Made by a program: the position numbers and the translations under genes. Shown in pieces: positions 49,501 through 64,000 of a DNA stretch of 64,000 bases. The DNA is from Tubulanus polymorphus. Its lineage: Eukaryota; Animalia; Nemertea. Below the pieces are notes generated by a model, which was not told where the DNA came from, did no database searches, and saw only the letters and a list, made by a program, of their open reading frames with translations. Location: contig NC_134033.1 in the NCBI RefSeq assembly GCF_964204645.1, positions 15,508,655-15,572,654 on the forward strand, read 5' to 3'. Position 1 is the first letter of the stretch, and each line of letters opens with the position of its first letter.

Positions 49501-51677
49501 TCATTTTAAATGAGTTAACTCAAATCTTAACTCACAACTGTGAAACTGGGTTCTGGGTGCTCAAGAAAGAGGGCTTCCTGGGCCGGGATGTTCTGGCAAT
49601 GTTATTCATATGTGTTCGATCATAGGGGCTTCATTTAGTTAGGCTCGATGCGCGGAGTTCGTAGCTGTGAATTTCTCTGAAGAATACTAGACAATGGCCT
49701 GGATCCATGTTTAATGATCACAAAGTAGAATATAAACCGATAGCTGTAGAACTGGGTCAACGTTTTGTAAAAGTTGTCTGTCATTATCGATGTATTAAGT
49801 TGTAGTTTTTGTTGTTGTTGTTGTATTTAGTGTATTTTGTTTTCTCTATAGGTTTATGAGAATACGTGTATTGTTCAACCTCAGTCTTTGACTATTATCA
49901 GAGATGTATGTTATTCGTCTATTCTTCATTATATGCACCACGTGCTTGGCCTTTTTTTTAAAATTTAAACCTAACTTTAAATTTTTTCTTCCTTTTTCTC
50001 TATTTCGGTTGGCTTCATCGGCCACAACATGACAAAGCACTTTCGATCATACCCTTCTTGCCTGGGTTGGCACTTTTTCATTTCATCCTATTATTGGCTG
50101 GTAAAGATTGATTCTGTCCCTGGCAAGTGCGGTTATTATCATAATTATAAGCCTAATTAATTCTAAAAAAACTTTCTCAGTTTGGATTAAATGAAATTGC
50201 TGTATTTTGTATGCTCTGCAATGTGAATCAGCCAATCAAAAATCACGTCTAATACTAATCGACCAATCATTAAGCCTGTTACATATATGTCTGTCACTTT
50301 TATCCAATCGTAGACTTGCTTCTATCTTTATGCTAATTCTGAAGCTATAATTAACTTAACTAATCATCACGGGGTTAAGTGTTTAGAATGTTTCGATTGT
50401 AGGCTATATAGGGCGTTAAAATGATTAATTTTCATGCTGGCTGCAGCGTGTAAAAGATTGTAACTGTTGAATCCGTGTCTGCCCTTACAAAAGGCTGTAG
50501 AGGTCTTGATGTGCTCGACATGACTACGCCATGATCGAACATAATGACTGATGTACATGACAGACCATCGAACTTTGTAAATCTTTTACAGTCTTTAGGC
50601 CCAGTCTTATAAACTGGTGTTACCTTTCGCCCGGAGGCTAACTCAATTCATTATCAATTGAGTTAGCCCCTGGGTTTAAGGTAATACCAGTCTATAAAAC
50701 TGGCCTTTGGTGTTTTTTATGGCAACAAGTCTCTCCAGCACTGGTTTGGAAGCAAACTATGACATGATGTACAAGACATCTATAGTCCTGCTGTCTCAAG
50801 GGTAAAGAGTTATTGGTCACAATCGAAGTTGTATTTATGGCACACTAAACTATTTGGAAAAACAAATGGCAACATATGAGGGGATATATGATTGCGCAAC
50901 TATTCACGATAGTCTAGTCTCAAGTCCTCTATTTCATCAATTGAGACTGTTTGTATTTTGTTTCAGTACATCGGTTCAGATGACACTGCTGGTGAGCTCA
51001 AACTGCGCTATCATCATCTGCTTCAGATCATCCTGACATAATATACAACAACATGTCTATCGCCTGTCACATGCGCATGTGCAGTACATGTCAAGCATGT
51101 GATAAATACATGAGCATGTGTACTTCTTCTATGAACTGTTAATTAGAAAGGCATGGAACATGTAATAACTTCAATATACAGGAATCGTACACATGTCATA
51201 ATACCATATATATAGGTCAAAATATAGTAAGATATTTAGGTCAAACATGTAAATGTAATTGTATGATATGTAGGTCAAATATGTACATGTTTCTGTATGA
51301 TATGTAGGTCAATTATGTACATGTCACTATATGATATGTAGGTCAAACATACGTTCTATCACCAATACATATCCTTACCTTCCTTTCACCTTTGAATTAA
51401 TTACTGTTGCTGATTATTCAGGCTGAGATAAACCTGAGTTAATTTTCAGAATTAACAAAACGCACACAACACAGGGAAACAACAGAAACATGTTTCCGTC
51501 TCATGTTTCTCATTTTCCTGTGCATCGGGTTTAGAGGGTCATTGAAATAAAACAAACTGATTTATTTTGCAGCTCGTCCCTGAAGACGACGAACCCCCGG
51601 CGCGTATTAAAGAACATCGATCCTCACTCACTGTCTTCAACGTCATCAGTGCTACAACAGGTGGCAGCGCTGTATAG
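10538..51677 (+). CDS. DOCK9: Dedicator of cytokinesis DOCK-D subfamily (DOCK9/10/11, Zizimin) Cdc42 GEF; 46 constitutive coding exons, about 2111 aa
   Basis: GT-AG exons join in frame (6336 nt): 10538-10645, 13503-13619, 14250-14422, 14683-14752, 14863-14976, 15675-15806, 17051-17272, 18348-18431, 19041-19193, 19656-19859, 20381-20589, 20912-21028, 21128-21216, 21920-22173, 22812-23150, 23448-23534, 24063-24155, 27440-27555, 28105-28174, 29074-29265, 29678-29824, 30245-30328, 30415-30523, 33733-33911, 34552-34828, 35393-35555, 35646-35773, 36259-36325, 36414-36467, 36959-37077, 38332-38447, 38793-38930, 39431-39487, 39754-39879, 40278-40391, 40994-41209, 41296-41353, 44483-44592, 44869-44991, 45117-45230, 45323-45466, 45916-46129, 46783-46973, 47487-47587, 47992-48130, 51573-51677. 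The N-terminus [27 protein letters not shown]...VEPVDYE...[10 protein letters not shown] is DOCK9/11-like. It has a PH domain (ITKQGWLYK...[10 protein letters not shown]), a DHR1 domain ([25 protein letters not shown]...[12 protein letters not shown]) and a DHR2 domain ([17 protein letters not shown]). It ends ...GGSAV*. Likely a single co-ortholog of vertebrate DOCK9/10/11. Confidence 0.96.
11420..11679. mobile_element. Non-autonomous DNA element (second copy at 7420-7660)
   Basis: TIRs cagggttccgatctaa / ttagatcggaccctg, flanks ctgaaag / ttgaaag, internal similarity to the 7420 copy. Confidence 0.7.
12047..12155. mobile_element. About 110-bp palindromic MITE (family B); copies near 22350, 49450, 58795, 61084, 62985 and 63404
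   Basis: TIRs ggtccagttccacagtt / aactgtggaactgggtc flanked by CWG, consistent with Harbinger. Confidence 0.8.
13633..13960. repeat. About 31-bp tandem repeat (about 10 copies, one inverted at 13761-13781)
   Basis: Unit cacttaccccgggacgccttct(g/c)aaaacct. Confidence 0.9.
16062..16132 (-). mobile_element. tRNA-derived SINE head or tRNA pseudogene
   Basis: A box (agtggtctagtgg) and B box (ggttcaaatccc) correctly spaced; no full cloverleaf. Confidence 0.55.
16481..16617. mobile_element. MITE family A copy
   Basis: TIRs ggcccggttccatagt / actatggaaccggccc; same core as 23649-23786. Confidence 0.8.
17440..17725. repeat. About 100-bp tandem unit x3; related copies at 57700-57900
   Basis: gagtggcacaaggaagctcttgataagaaacagcccccactgagaatatcttataattcaatcagggaatttg. 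Confidence 0.8.
21920..23534 (+). other. DOCK DHR1 (C2) domain-encoding exons (exons 14-16)
   Basis: [36 protein letters not shown]...[37 protein letters not shown]...[10 protein letters not shown]...[11 protein letters not shown]. Confidence 0.92.
23649..23786. mobile_element. Harbinger-like MITE family A; further copies near 15010, 19950, 26890, 33300, 48600 and 54450
   Basis: TIRs gggccagttgcatagtc / gactgtgcaactggccc, CTG target duplication. Confidence 0.85.
24710..24790 (+). mobile_element. Penelope-like element remnant with a minimal hammerhead-type motif in inverted arrangement
   Basis: CTGACGA-t-ggctaa(tagtat)ttagcc-GAAAC at 24743-24773, preceded by an inverted partial copy. Confidence 0.55.
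25030..25092 (+). CDS. Candidate DOCK cassette exon (63 nt, phase 0-0): [21 protein letters not shown]
   Basis: Acceptor gtatttcag, donor GAG|gtagat, stop-free, phase matches host intron 24156-27439. Confidence 0.5.
25963..26037 (+). CDS. Candidate DOCK cassette exon (75 nt, phase 0-0): [25 protein letters not shown]
   Basis: Strong donor AAG|gtgagt, weaker acceptor atatatgaag, stop-free GC-rich island in an AT-rich intron, downstream TGCATG near 26179. Confidence 0.55.
28327..28419 (-). tRNA. tRNA-Tyr(GTA) with a 20-nt intron (28363-28382); atypical C73 and C38
   Basis: CCCTCGGTAGCTCAGTTGGTAGAGCGGAGGACTGTAG[aaggcatctccagagctgaa]CTCCTTAGGTCGCTGGTTCAAATCCAGTCCGAGGGC. All four stems pair, A and B boxes are intact, the intron follows position 37, and a T7 run lies a few nt downstream. 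Confidence 0.88.
28537..29039. mobile_element. piggyBac-like MITE with internal 60-bp tandem repeats
   Basis: TTAA-cccttttagtg ... cactgaaacag-TTAA; homologous to 59480-59760; units agtgcggtgtataacaggcataccactaaactg at 28608-28860. Confidence 0.75.
30650..31090. repeat. 47-bp tandem array (about 9 copies) derived from the MITE-A core; related arrays at 15090-15400 and 20100-20310 (inverted)
   Basis: Unit ttaagaccagtctaagctcattttggttctatagccaatctaacaac. Confidence 0.92.
31192..31239 (+). CDS. Candidate DOCK cassette exon (48 nt, phase 1-1): [16 protein letters not shown]
   Basis: Acceptor tgtagtttcag, donor GAGG|gtaatg, stop-free, phase matches intron 30524-33732. Confidence 0.5.
31545..31870. 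mobile_element. Non-autonomous DNA transposon with 14-bp TIR and 6-bp TSD
   Basis: TTGTTT-CATGGTTCCCACAG...CTGTGGGAACCATG-TTGTTT; related element near 36487-36812. Confidence 0.85.
31915..32796. mobile_element. PIF/Harbinger-like foldback element containing a 251-bp internal inverted repeat
   Basis: TAA target duplication; TIRs agccgggcgtaggtcggcgttgcgacg / cgtcgcaaggccgacctacgcccgcct; arms 32016-32266 and 32315-32565. Confidence 0.88.
38519..38822 (+). repeat. About 60-bp tandem repeat x5 spanning the acceptor and first 10 codons of DOCK exon 32
   Basis: Unit aactgttttgatatgtt..gatattttcag|gatcagttgatatttcgt..ggggtgat. Confidence 0.95.
39945..40170. repeat. About 77-bp tandem repeat x3; related array of about 80 bp at 45505-45870
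   Basis: Shared core cctggtggatcctc..ttgccaca. Confidence 0.8.
41916..41927 (+). CDS. Candidate 12-nt DOCK microexon (phase 1-1); changes KRRG-VYPQG to KRRGKLHR-VYPQG
   Basis: ctttgtttttcgatcgtag|GAAAGCTACATC|gtaagt: polypyrimidine acceptor, consensus donor, frame-preserving. Confidence 0.6.
42087..42403 (+). mobile_element. tRNA-derived SINE with CORE-like domain and L2-type tail
   Basis: A box tggccgagtgg, B box ggttcgaaccc, core gtgtcctcgggcaagacactt, tail tgtaaagcgct..agcgctatataa..(tat)n. Confidence 0.85.
42670..43875. mobile_element. 1.2-kb non-autonomous DNA transposon with 14-bp TIR and 6-bp TSD
   Basis: GTATTA-CAGGGCTGCCAACC...GGTTGGCAGCCCTG-GTATTA; no transposase ORF. Confidence 0.88.
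46232..46305 (+). mobile_element. tRNA-derived SINE head
   Basis: gctcagttggttgag (A box) ... ggttcgaaacc (B box); acceptor stem does not pair. Confidence 0.55.
47640..47915 (+). mobile_element. Degenerate 3' fragment of an L2-clade LINE ORF2
   Basis: Frameshifted translation [40 protein letters not shown] matches the typical L2 C-terminal pattern. Confidence 0.6.
48209..48429. mobile_element. Palindromic MITE (second copy 61549-61840, remnant 25380-25780)
   Basis: TIRs gggttcgaacctgatggcatcg / cgatgccatcaggttcgaatccc. Confidence 0.8.
49852..49905 (+). CDS. Candidate DOCK cassette exon (54 nt, phase 0-0): [18 protein letters not shown]
   Basis: Long U-rich acceptor tattttgttttctctatag, donor GAT|gtatgt, stop-free. 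Confidence 0.5.
50967..51041 (+). CDS. Candidate alternative terminal DOCK exon: [24 protein letters not shown]
   Basis: Acceptor ttgtattttgtttcag in phase 0 with exon 45; four GCATG motifs follow at 51075-51155. Confidence 0.5.
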   Translation, partial: YIGSDDTAGELKLRYHHLLQIILT

Positions 51678-51687
51678 CTTCAGTCAG

Positions 51688-52023
51688 GTCGACCTAGCAG
51701 CCGATGTCATCGATGACGATGAAGACCACCAGGGGGCGCCGCGTCCGGCGTCGCGCGCTAACAGCGAACTCAATCTGTACCGTCGCCACAGTAACGTTTC
51801 CGCTCCGCGAGCGCGCGCAGTCAACGGTAACTCGAACGACCACCAGGATGCGTCGAAACCGACGCACGCGAATAGCGAACTGAATTTGTGTTGTCGTAGT
51901 CATAGCAACACGTCGTCGTCGCCGTCGTCGAGGTTACGGATGCCGGTGCGTCGTAGTTTCGCGTCGGAACGCGGCTCGGACCGCGACTTGGACCGCGACC
52001 CAGAAGAACCGATCTGGATTTAG
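51688..52023 (+). CDS. Candidate alternative terminal DOCK exon (111 aa, VDLAADVIDDDEDH...DPEEPIWI*)
   Basis: GC/CpG-rich open frame with the composition of true exons, directly after the canonical stop but in another frame. Phase-0 acceptor cttcagtcag ends at 51687. Confidence 0.5.
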   Translation, partial: VDLAADVIDDDEDHQGAPRPASRANSELNLYRRHSNVSAPRARAVNGNSNDHQDASKPTHANSELNLCCRSHSNTSSSPSSRLRMPVRRSFASERGSDRDLDRDPEEPIWI

Positions 52024-52545
52024 AGTTGTATCGGCGATGATTTATACGACTGCTTCGACTTAAAGTCCGTTCGAAAAACTAATTTTGTCTCATGAAAATG
52101 ACGAATGCTACCAATGTGTCGCTGACAGATGATGTTTTGCTCACAGTTTGTAGCTGAAATGAAAATCCTGTTCATCGTTTATTTTCTAACCGCAGTTTCG
52201 GGATTTTTTGTTTGTGATTTAAGGCAGAATCCCGAAACCGTTAGAAAATAAACAAGCTATTTCAACTGCGGCAAGTGAATATCCACCTGGTGTCGCTAGT
52301 GTGAATTAGGACGACGATGCACCAGACTCTTCCCGGATTCAATTAAAATCTGTCCATAATTCGTCAAATACCAAGAATTTTGAATAGTAGGAATTATGCT
52401 TAATATGTGAACCTTAAAGCATCAATCTGAGTTCATGAAAAAATGTGATTCGCCTCTCATTTCTGATGTGGGAGGCTGTGATAAATACGGATGAAAATTA
52501 ATCGAAAATGAACTCAATTTTAATATCTGGCGGGATATCCGCTGA

Positions 52546-52934
52546 ACACGTACGCCATCTAGTGGGATATCTGGTGGCGTGGGGTCATCCCCTGCAGCGC
52601 TGAGCACGTACGCCATCTAGTGGGATATCTGGTGGCGTGGGGTCATCCCCTGCAGCGCTGAGCACGTACGCCATCTAGTGGGATATCTGGTGGCGTGGGG
52701 TCATCCGCTGCAGCGCTGAGCACTTACGCCATCTAGTGGGATATCTGGTGGCGTGGAGTCATCAGCTGCAGCACTGAGCACGTACGCCATCTAGTGAGAT
52801 ATCTGGTGGCGTGGGGTCATCAGCTGCAGCACTGAGCACGTACGCCATCTAGTGGGATATCTGGTGGCGTGGGGTCATCCGGTGCAGCACTGAGCACGTA
52901 CGCCATCTAGTGGGATATCTGGTGGCGTGGGGTC
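52546..52934. repeat. 58-bp GC-rich tandem repeat x7, each copy carrying a CTCF-type motif
   Basis: Unit cacgtaCGCCATCTAGTGGgatatctggtggcgtggggtcatcccctgcagcgctgag. Confidence 0.95.
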
Positions 52935-53594
52935 CTCATCGCGCATCCTCATTATTTTCTTACAACTGATGGATGTGTATTTTCTAGTGTAAAAATTTCT
53001 TGTTGAAATCGTCGCTTTTTTATCAATGTCCACTCGGCGTAACGACGTCGGGATTTCGCGTATATACATCGTTCTCGCTCTTTTTTCAATCGTTGCCATT
53101 GACGACCATCCATATACGCTGCTATTGTTGTCAGCTTTTCTACGCAATCATATTTCAAATAGATTTTCTCTATATGATTATATCGTCATTTTCATGCCGC
53201 CATTTTTACAAAATTGAACACGAATAGCAGACATTTTTCTCCGGGTGCTATCTCTGACCCAGATTTTTTCTCTTGACAATTTAGCGATGTCATTGAAGGT
53301 AGCCATTTTCTCGGAATATTAGAGTGCTTGTTCATCTATTCATTATTTACGTGATAAGATTTCGAAATAATCTTGGATTACTTGGACTAGATTAATGATA
53401 AATGATATGTAGCAAAAGGGAATGAAAAAATTTCCCAAAATTATGTAATAAATGGATGACTTGCACGAGTTGTATTTAGTCAGTTTTTAGCTTTCAAACA
53501 TGATTTGTAAAATATTCTTTGATGTTGAAAACGAATTTTTTAAATGTAAATTATTTACGAATTTAGATATTATTACTATTAATAGATATTAACT

Positions 53595-53600
53595 ATTATT

Positions 53601-53631
<31 letters not shown>

Positions 53632-53660
53632 TTATTATTATTATTAGTATTAGTATTATA
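53595..53660. repeat. (ATT)n microsatellite
   Basis: Direct inspection. Confidence 0.9.
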
Positions 53661-55224
53661 AATTAACGCTTCTACGATAAAATCTGTTAATTCTTGAAAT
53701 ATTCTATTTTTATCAATGCTTTGTATAAAAATGGAAATGCATATGGATTTTGTTCTATAGTTGTTGGGTTAACGGTTCAGTTTTATGAAAATCTTTGACG
53801 ACTTTTAGACGCTTACGACCAGATGAGCTTTGCTTAGTCTTATCTTAAGTCTCCGCAGTCGAACTGGATCCAGGGGCGGTTCCAAGGGGCGTAAGCGTCC
53901 TGGGGCCCATTTTTTTCTGTGGTAACATTTTCACAACATTTCATTCTCTTCTAGAATCACTCCAGATGCTTATAAAAGATCTATTTCTTTCAGAATTTGC
54001 TTGGAGTAGGGCCTCAAACCGTCCAAAGAGGCTTCCCACCAAGTGTGTGTATACAATAGGTTGTTTTGATTTAAAATGTTTGGATCCACCCCTGGGATCC
54101 AGAAAGTACCCAAAAGTGTGGAACCAACTCCAGGGATATCCACCACATGTGGAGCTTACCCACAACTGTGGAACTAATACAATTTTTCCAATTTATTCTA
54201 TGGAGTTATTAGAAAATACTTGAGCTGTTATTGTGAAATTTTACTCATGTACCGTGTTAAACGTTAAGGCGCAAGAAAGAGAAACTTTTTTGATGAATCG
54301 TAAAAAATTGTGCCATATTTATGTGAATAGCTAAATATATCTAACAAGCAAGGTCTGGTTGAGTTGCTCATTCATGCATTGAATTAAAATCGGTTATAGC
54401 ACTGATCTAACAACTTAAGACCAGTCTTAAGATTCAAGATTACTTTTGAACTGGGACCGGTTCCATAATCAAGATTTAAGACCAAAAGTGGTCTTAAATC
54501 TTGAGACTGGTCATAAGTGGTTAGATTGGCTAGAACTAAGTTGGTCTTAGAACGGTCTTAAGTCTAAGTCCGGACTATGCAACTGGCCCCTGTAATTCAA
54601 CACTGCTATTAAAGTCAATATCGGTACTTTAAAGTGAGTTAGAACTTTATAACTGTCCTGGTTTCTGGCATTGATCAGTTAAGTAGTTGAACTAGAATTT
54701 TCTGTATAACGAAAACTCATTTGTATGTATGTATTTCATTGTTAAATGATGCCAGATTTTATACTATGCAATATTATTATTATCATTATACATAATAAAT
54801 TCAATTTGTTCAATTATAAATACTTCTGAAAGTTTATTATCTTACATTTTTGACTGGATTGGGAATTTAAGATATATTTCACCTTTTTTTTCAAGCACCA
54901 ATCCATCGAGGAATTAACCACCCAAGATTCTGATAAAAAGACCATCACACAATACAATGTCATGCAGGTTTCCATATTTAAAAAAAATGCTTTAGAATAC
55001 ATTTGTTCTCTTTAGACCACAATTTTCTCAAGGCATTCAAAACAACATCCTGATATTTCATCATGATTTGCCTCTCGATGTGAGCTTTCGGGTATAACAT
55101 CTTAATTTTGATTTATTTTGTTCATGTTTGTTCTTAAAGTAATATATGAACTAATATGTTCCTAGAAATTGCAGAATAAAGTTATAATATTTGAATTTAC
55201 ATTGATCAGATCCTGCCTCTGCCG

Positions 55225-55315
55225 TACGCAAACGAGTACGTGCCCCCGATTTTACTTCCGGGTTTCGAAAATTTTCATTTTTTTCTCTTTTCTCGGTCGG
55301 ATCTTTCGTAAAAAA

Positions 55316-55320
<5 letters not shown>
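55225..55320 (+). promoter_or_regulatory. Probable COPS6 core promoter / 5' UTR
   Basis: CpG-rich patch with ETS-type ACTTCCGG (55254-55261) and YY1-type AAAATGGC overlapping the ATG. Confidence 0.45.
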
Positions 55321-60478
<5,158 letters not shown>

Positions 60479-61233
60479 ACGGCGGAAAACACCTAGCACC
60501 CCCGTGACTCTGTATAATAAACTGTGCCGTAACCCCCGCGCGGTAGAAGAATGGATCATTCTCTTGGTAATGCTAATGGATATTTCGCAATGCGCGTGTG
60601 ACATTCTCGTGTATGTCAACAAACACTAGGACGATCGATTGCTCAGGTTATGGATTATCTATTGCCACGCACATGACATGTCATGTGAGTCTTTGAAGTG
60701 GATTGTGTATTGCGCAGTTTTGCGATGCGTACATGTGATGATTCTCCACAGTGGATAGACATTGAGTGGATTTATCTGACGATTTGGTTTAAAACTGAAT
60801 TCACGTGACGACAGCAAACATCATATTGTTTATATACGATAGGTACTATAAGCGTAAACTGTTCGGATCAGTTGTTTGTCGTTAAGATGTGCTCGTTGCT
60901 ACTGGTGGATGAACCGCCATCACTAGACTAGAAAAACAAACAACCTTTCAACGATTCTATAAGATTGAAACCGTATTTATTTAACCTCAATCATTCACAG
61001 AATGTTGAATTAGACGCGTTAGTTTCAGTAAACCGTGTCTTGTGTTTGGTAGCGTTGAAGCTGTAAATATTAAAATTCACCTGGATCCAGTTCCACAGTT
61101 GTGAGTTAGAGTGAACTCAAGTTAAAATTAGTTCATTTTCAATCAGTTAACTCAGAGTTGACTCACAACTATGGAACTGGGTCCTAGCGTCCCCGAGTAA
61201 GGTGGAGTCTACTATAGTTCGTTTCGAAATAAA

Positions 61234-63793
61234 TTAAGTTCCGCGATTATCGATAATTAAAAGTTTATCTATTTCTTCATCTTCTGCGGAAATATCTTTA
61301 AACGCGTTAGCGCCACCTAGTTTATCATCGAATCTTGAATCCGATTGGTCGGTTTTGTCGGTCCTCGATTCCAATTGGTGGTCGACGACGCTGAGACGTT
61401 TATTGGCTAGTTCGATTCCGTGATGTCGTAGTTTCATCATGAAATCTGAGTGGTACAAACCGTTGTCGGAGTAATCCAGGAATCTTTTATAATCCGTTTG
61501 TAAAGCCTGAATTAGAAAAGTAGATTATCGGTCAAAAACAGTGCAGCAGGGATTCTGATGGCATCGAGACTTGCCACGGTACAAAGCCCTGCCGCACTAG
61601 ACCGAGTGCGCAGATACTCGCGCAGCATAGATGATGTCACTATCAGTCAATCAGATATCCCTTTTATCTAAGCCCAGTTTAACCATTTATAGATCTTATG
61701 TGAAATTTGCCTCAGTGTTTATACAACGAGCAATCTGATTTGTGCCGCAAGTCTTCGTACGGTAAACCTGCGCACTCGGTCTAGTGTGGCAGGGGTTCGT
61801 GCCGTGGCTGAGTCTAGCGATGCCATCAGGTTCAAATCCCTCCAAAGGGAGGATGCTTACAATTATTGTAAATTTAGTTCGAAATATAAATTGAGACTCA
61901 AAAATTGAGAAGACTTAATTGAATTTGGCAGAGGATACAAACCAGAAAATCATTTTCCACACGTATTTTATGGTCCAATTCTTTCTTGTATTTGTGAGCC
62001 AATTTCGAATAACTGCAAGCAATATAGAAAAGAAGCATATATTTCAACACAGTTGCGATACTTGAAAATTAAGAATTCTAAAAATTTCGCTCGAAATCTT
62101 TTTGGTTTAAAGATATCCGTTCACCTTTTCTTCATCTGATTGATCTCTTCGCGATGTTGCTCGGCAACTCGAGCCGCCATTTCAGCGGCGAGTTTCGCGC
62201 ATTCCAGTTTCGTACGTTCGACGGCTTGTTGTTCCTCGCGTTTCAACTGAGCCTCGAAAATAAAAATACGTCGAATATAAGTAACATTTTCCGCTATGTA
62301 TCAGGTTTAACCGAGATTATGTCGGGGGATCGACGTTGGTCTTTACGAAGCATCCGCAAGACCTTTGAACTTTTGAGCGTCCCTTTCATTTAAAGGCACT
62401 TGATGCCCAAAAGGGCACAATGTTGTTCGTTAAAATCTAAATGGGGCAATTCATAAAGTATGATATAACTTAGGAAAAAATTTGAATGGTACCACTCCCA
62501 GAATAATAAGGAGCCAGGGATTTGTTTGTTTTTGCTTTACGTCGTTTGGATCTTGGTTTACCAAGACCTATTGGATTCTTGATTTAACGTCACAACAGCC
62601 TTTGAATCTTTGGCCGCACACTGTCAGCAGGAGCCATCGGGACTGGAACCCGCTTGTCACTTGGCACTAATAGTGAATGCTTATCCCACTGAGCTACAGG
62701 AGGGTGTTGATATTGCCCTTATAGTGGCCCCTGGTCCGTACGAGAGATACTAACTGCTTGTTGTCTGAGAGCGTCTGTTAAAGCTTTCTGTTGTTCGGCC
62801 GATAGTTCCTCGTATAGTCTTTGTTTCGCGGCTGCTACTGCTGCTTTCACTGCCTCATCTCGTTCCCTACAAATTGAATAGGACACTCACATCATACAGT
62901 CGTGTGTCATCAAATGATTTGAATTCAGACTCAAAAATACCAGAGACCAGGGGCTGAAGTTGCTCAAATGTTGGTAAAAGATAACTGGACCCAGTTCCAC
63001 AGTTGTGAATTAAATCTTGGTTCAAATCCTTAAACCCAGTCAAAAATTTTGGAACTATGGAACCGGGTCCTGGATTTTCAGTTAAGTTTGTGAAAGACTC
63101 AAATTCTAACAGACAGCAGTTGAAGAGAGGAGATATTGATATATTTTTCTCAATTACCGAAGCATTTGTTGTTTCTGTAATTCTAAAGCTTCGTCGGTGT
63201 TCTTTTCGTGTTTGCGTTCAAATTCTCGTAGACGTTCTTTCTCCAGACGGTCTCGTTGTTCTTGAACTTTTTCGGCGAGTTTCTTATAGAACTGTAACGA
63301 GTAGAGTCAGTGAGTAAGCGTCCGGGATGTATCCACTGTGGAACTAACTGTGGAATGTATCCACTTCGTAACCAGGTCTGGGATCTGTATCCACAGTGGA
63401 ACAGGATCCAGTTCCACATCTGTCTTAAGAGTTAACTCTTGAGTTAAAAATGAACTCACAACTGTGGAACTGGGTCCTGGAGCGTAGATCTTTCCAGGCC
63501 TGGGATGTATCCGCTGTGGAACTAGGTGTGTATCCCCAATAGAACTCGGTTAGGATGTATCCACTAAGTAACGTGGGATCTGTATCCACAGTGGAACTGG
63601 AGCGTACTTACATCTTTCTGTACATCGACAGCGCGACGTCTGGCGTCTTCTAATTCGATACGTTGTCGTTTTAAAGCGGCCCTCAATTCCCGCGTGGCTC
63701 TCTCCTCGGCCGCCTGTACCGCCTCCGATATCACTTTATCTTTAGAATCCTGTTTAACGTTTTGTATCTGTGCCAACAAACCGGAACCGACAT
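61234..63793 (-). CDS. 3' part of a coiled-coil protein gene, C6orf163-like (5' exons lie beyond the window)
   Basis: Minus-strand exons 63793-63612, 63291-63158, 62866-62755, 62252(or 62246)-62125, 62012-61943 and 61506-61234 splice in frame: (D)VGSGLLAQIQNVKQDSKDKVISEAVQAAEERA...E/K/R/A/Q-rich coil...ALQTDYKRFLDYSDNGLYHSDFMMKLR. The gene itself is well supported; the family call rests on remembered similarity to C6orf163 and is tentative. Confidence 0.8.
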
Positions 63794-64000
63794 CTTGAAT
63801 TCAAAAAATATGATTCAAGATGTAGAACATGAGAATCTTGTATTTTAAGTCAGATATAGATGTCAGTCTGTAATAAACCTCAAAATCTTGAAATAACTTA
63901 TATATGATAAGGGTTTGTCTCGAGAGTTGAGAGTAAATATTGTAAAACCTGCGGCCATTTGCAAAACTTAAGATACAGATGTTGCTATGTCAGTTTCAAC

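Noticed and set aside
51675-51716. Stop-codon readthrough of DOCK
   Set aside because: An in-frame TGA follows after 12 codons; the long ORF is in another frame
62630-62700. tRNA gene (also 16062, 42087, 46232)
   Set aside because: Only A/B-box remnants without a paired cloverleaf; treated as SINE heads

Overview
Animal (probably invertebrate) nuclear DNA with AT-rich, repeat-dense introns and strikingly CpG-rich exons; the species cannot be fixed from sequence alone. Three protein-coding genes were assembled by hand from GT-AG boundaries. (1) A complete 46-exon DOCK-D/Zizimin (DOCK9/10/11-type Cdc42 GEF) gene on + (10538-51677, about 2111 aa). (2) A complete 9-exon COPS6 on + (55316-60478, 318 aa). 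(3) The last six exons of a convergent coiled-coil gene resembling C6orf163 on - (61234-63793). A DOCK intron holds an intron-containing tRNA-Tyr(GTA) with atypical C73/C38. The window also has many MITEs, SINEs and satellites. The most unusual observations are: a non-coding, apparently spliced unit at about 1.9-5.6 kb built from about 11 tandem exon+intron modules whose splice sites survive in every copy; repeated tandem duplication of DOCK 3' splice-site/exon junctions that leaves decoy acceptors; several frame-preserving cassette exons including a 12-nt microexon; up to four alternative DOCK C-termini; a 251-bp near-perfect intronic hairpin; and a 7-copy CTCF-motif array between DOCK and COPS6. 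Most ORF-track entries are exon read-throughs or repeat artefacts. All coordinates and counts were made by hand.
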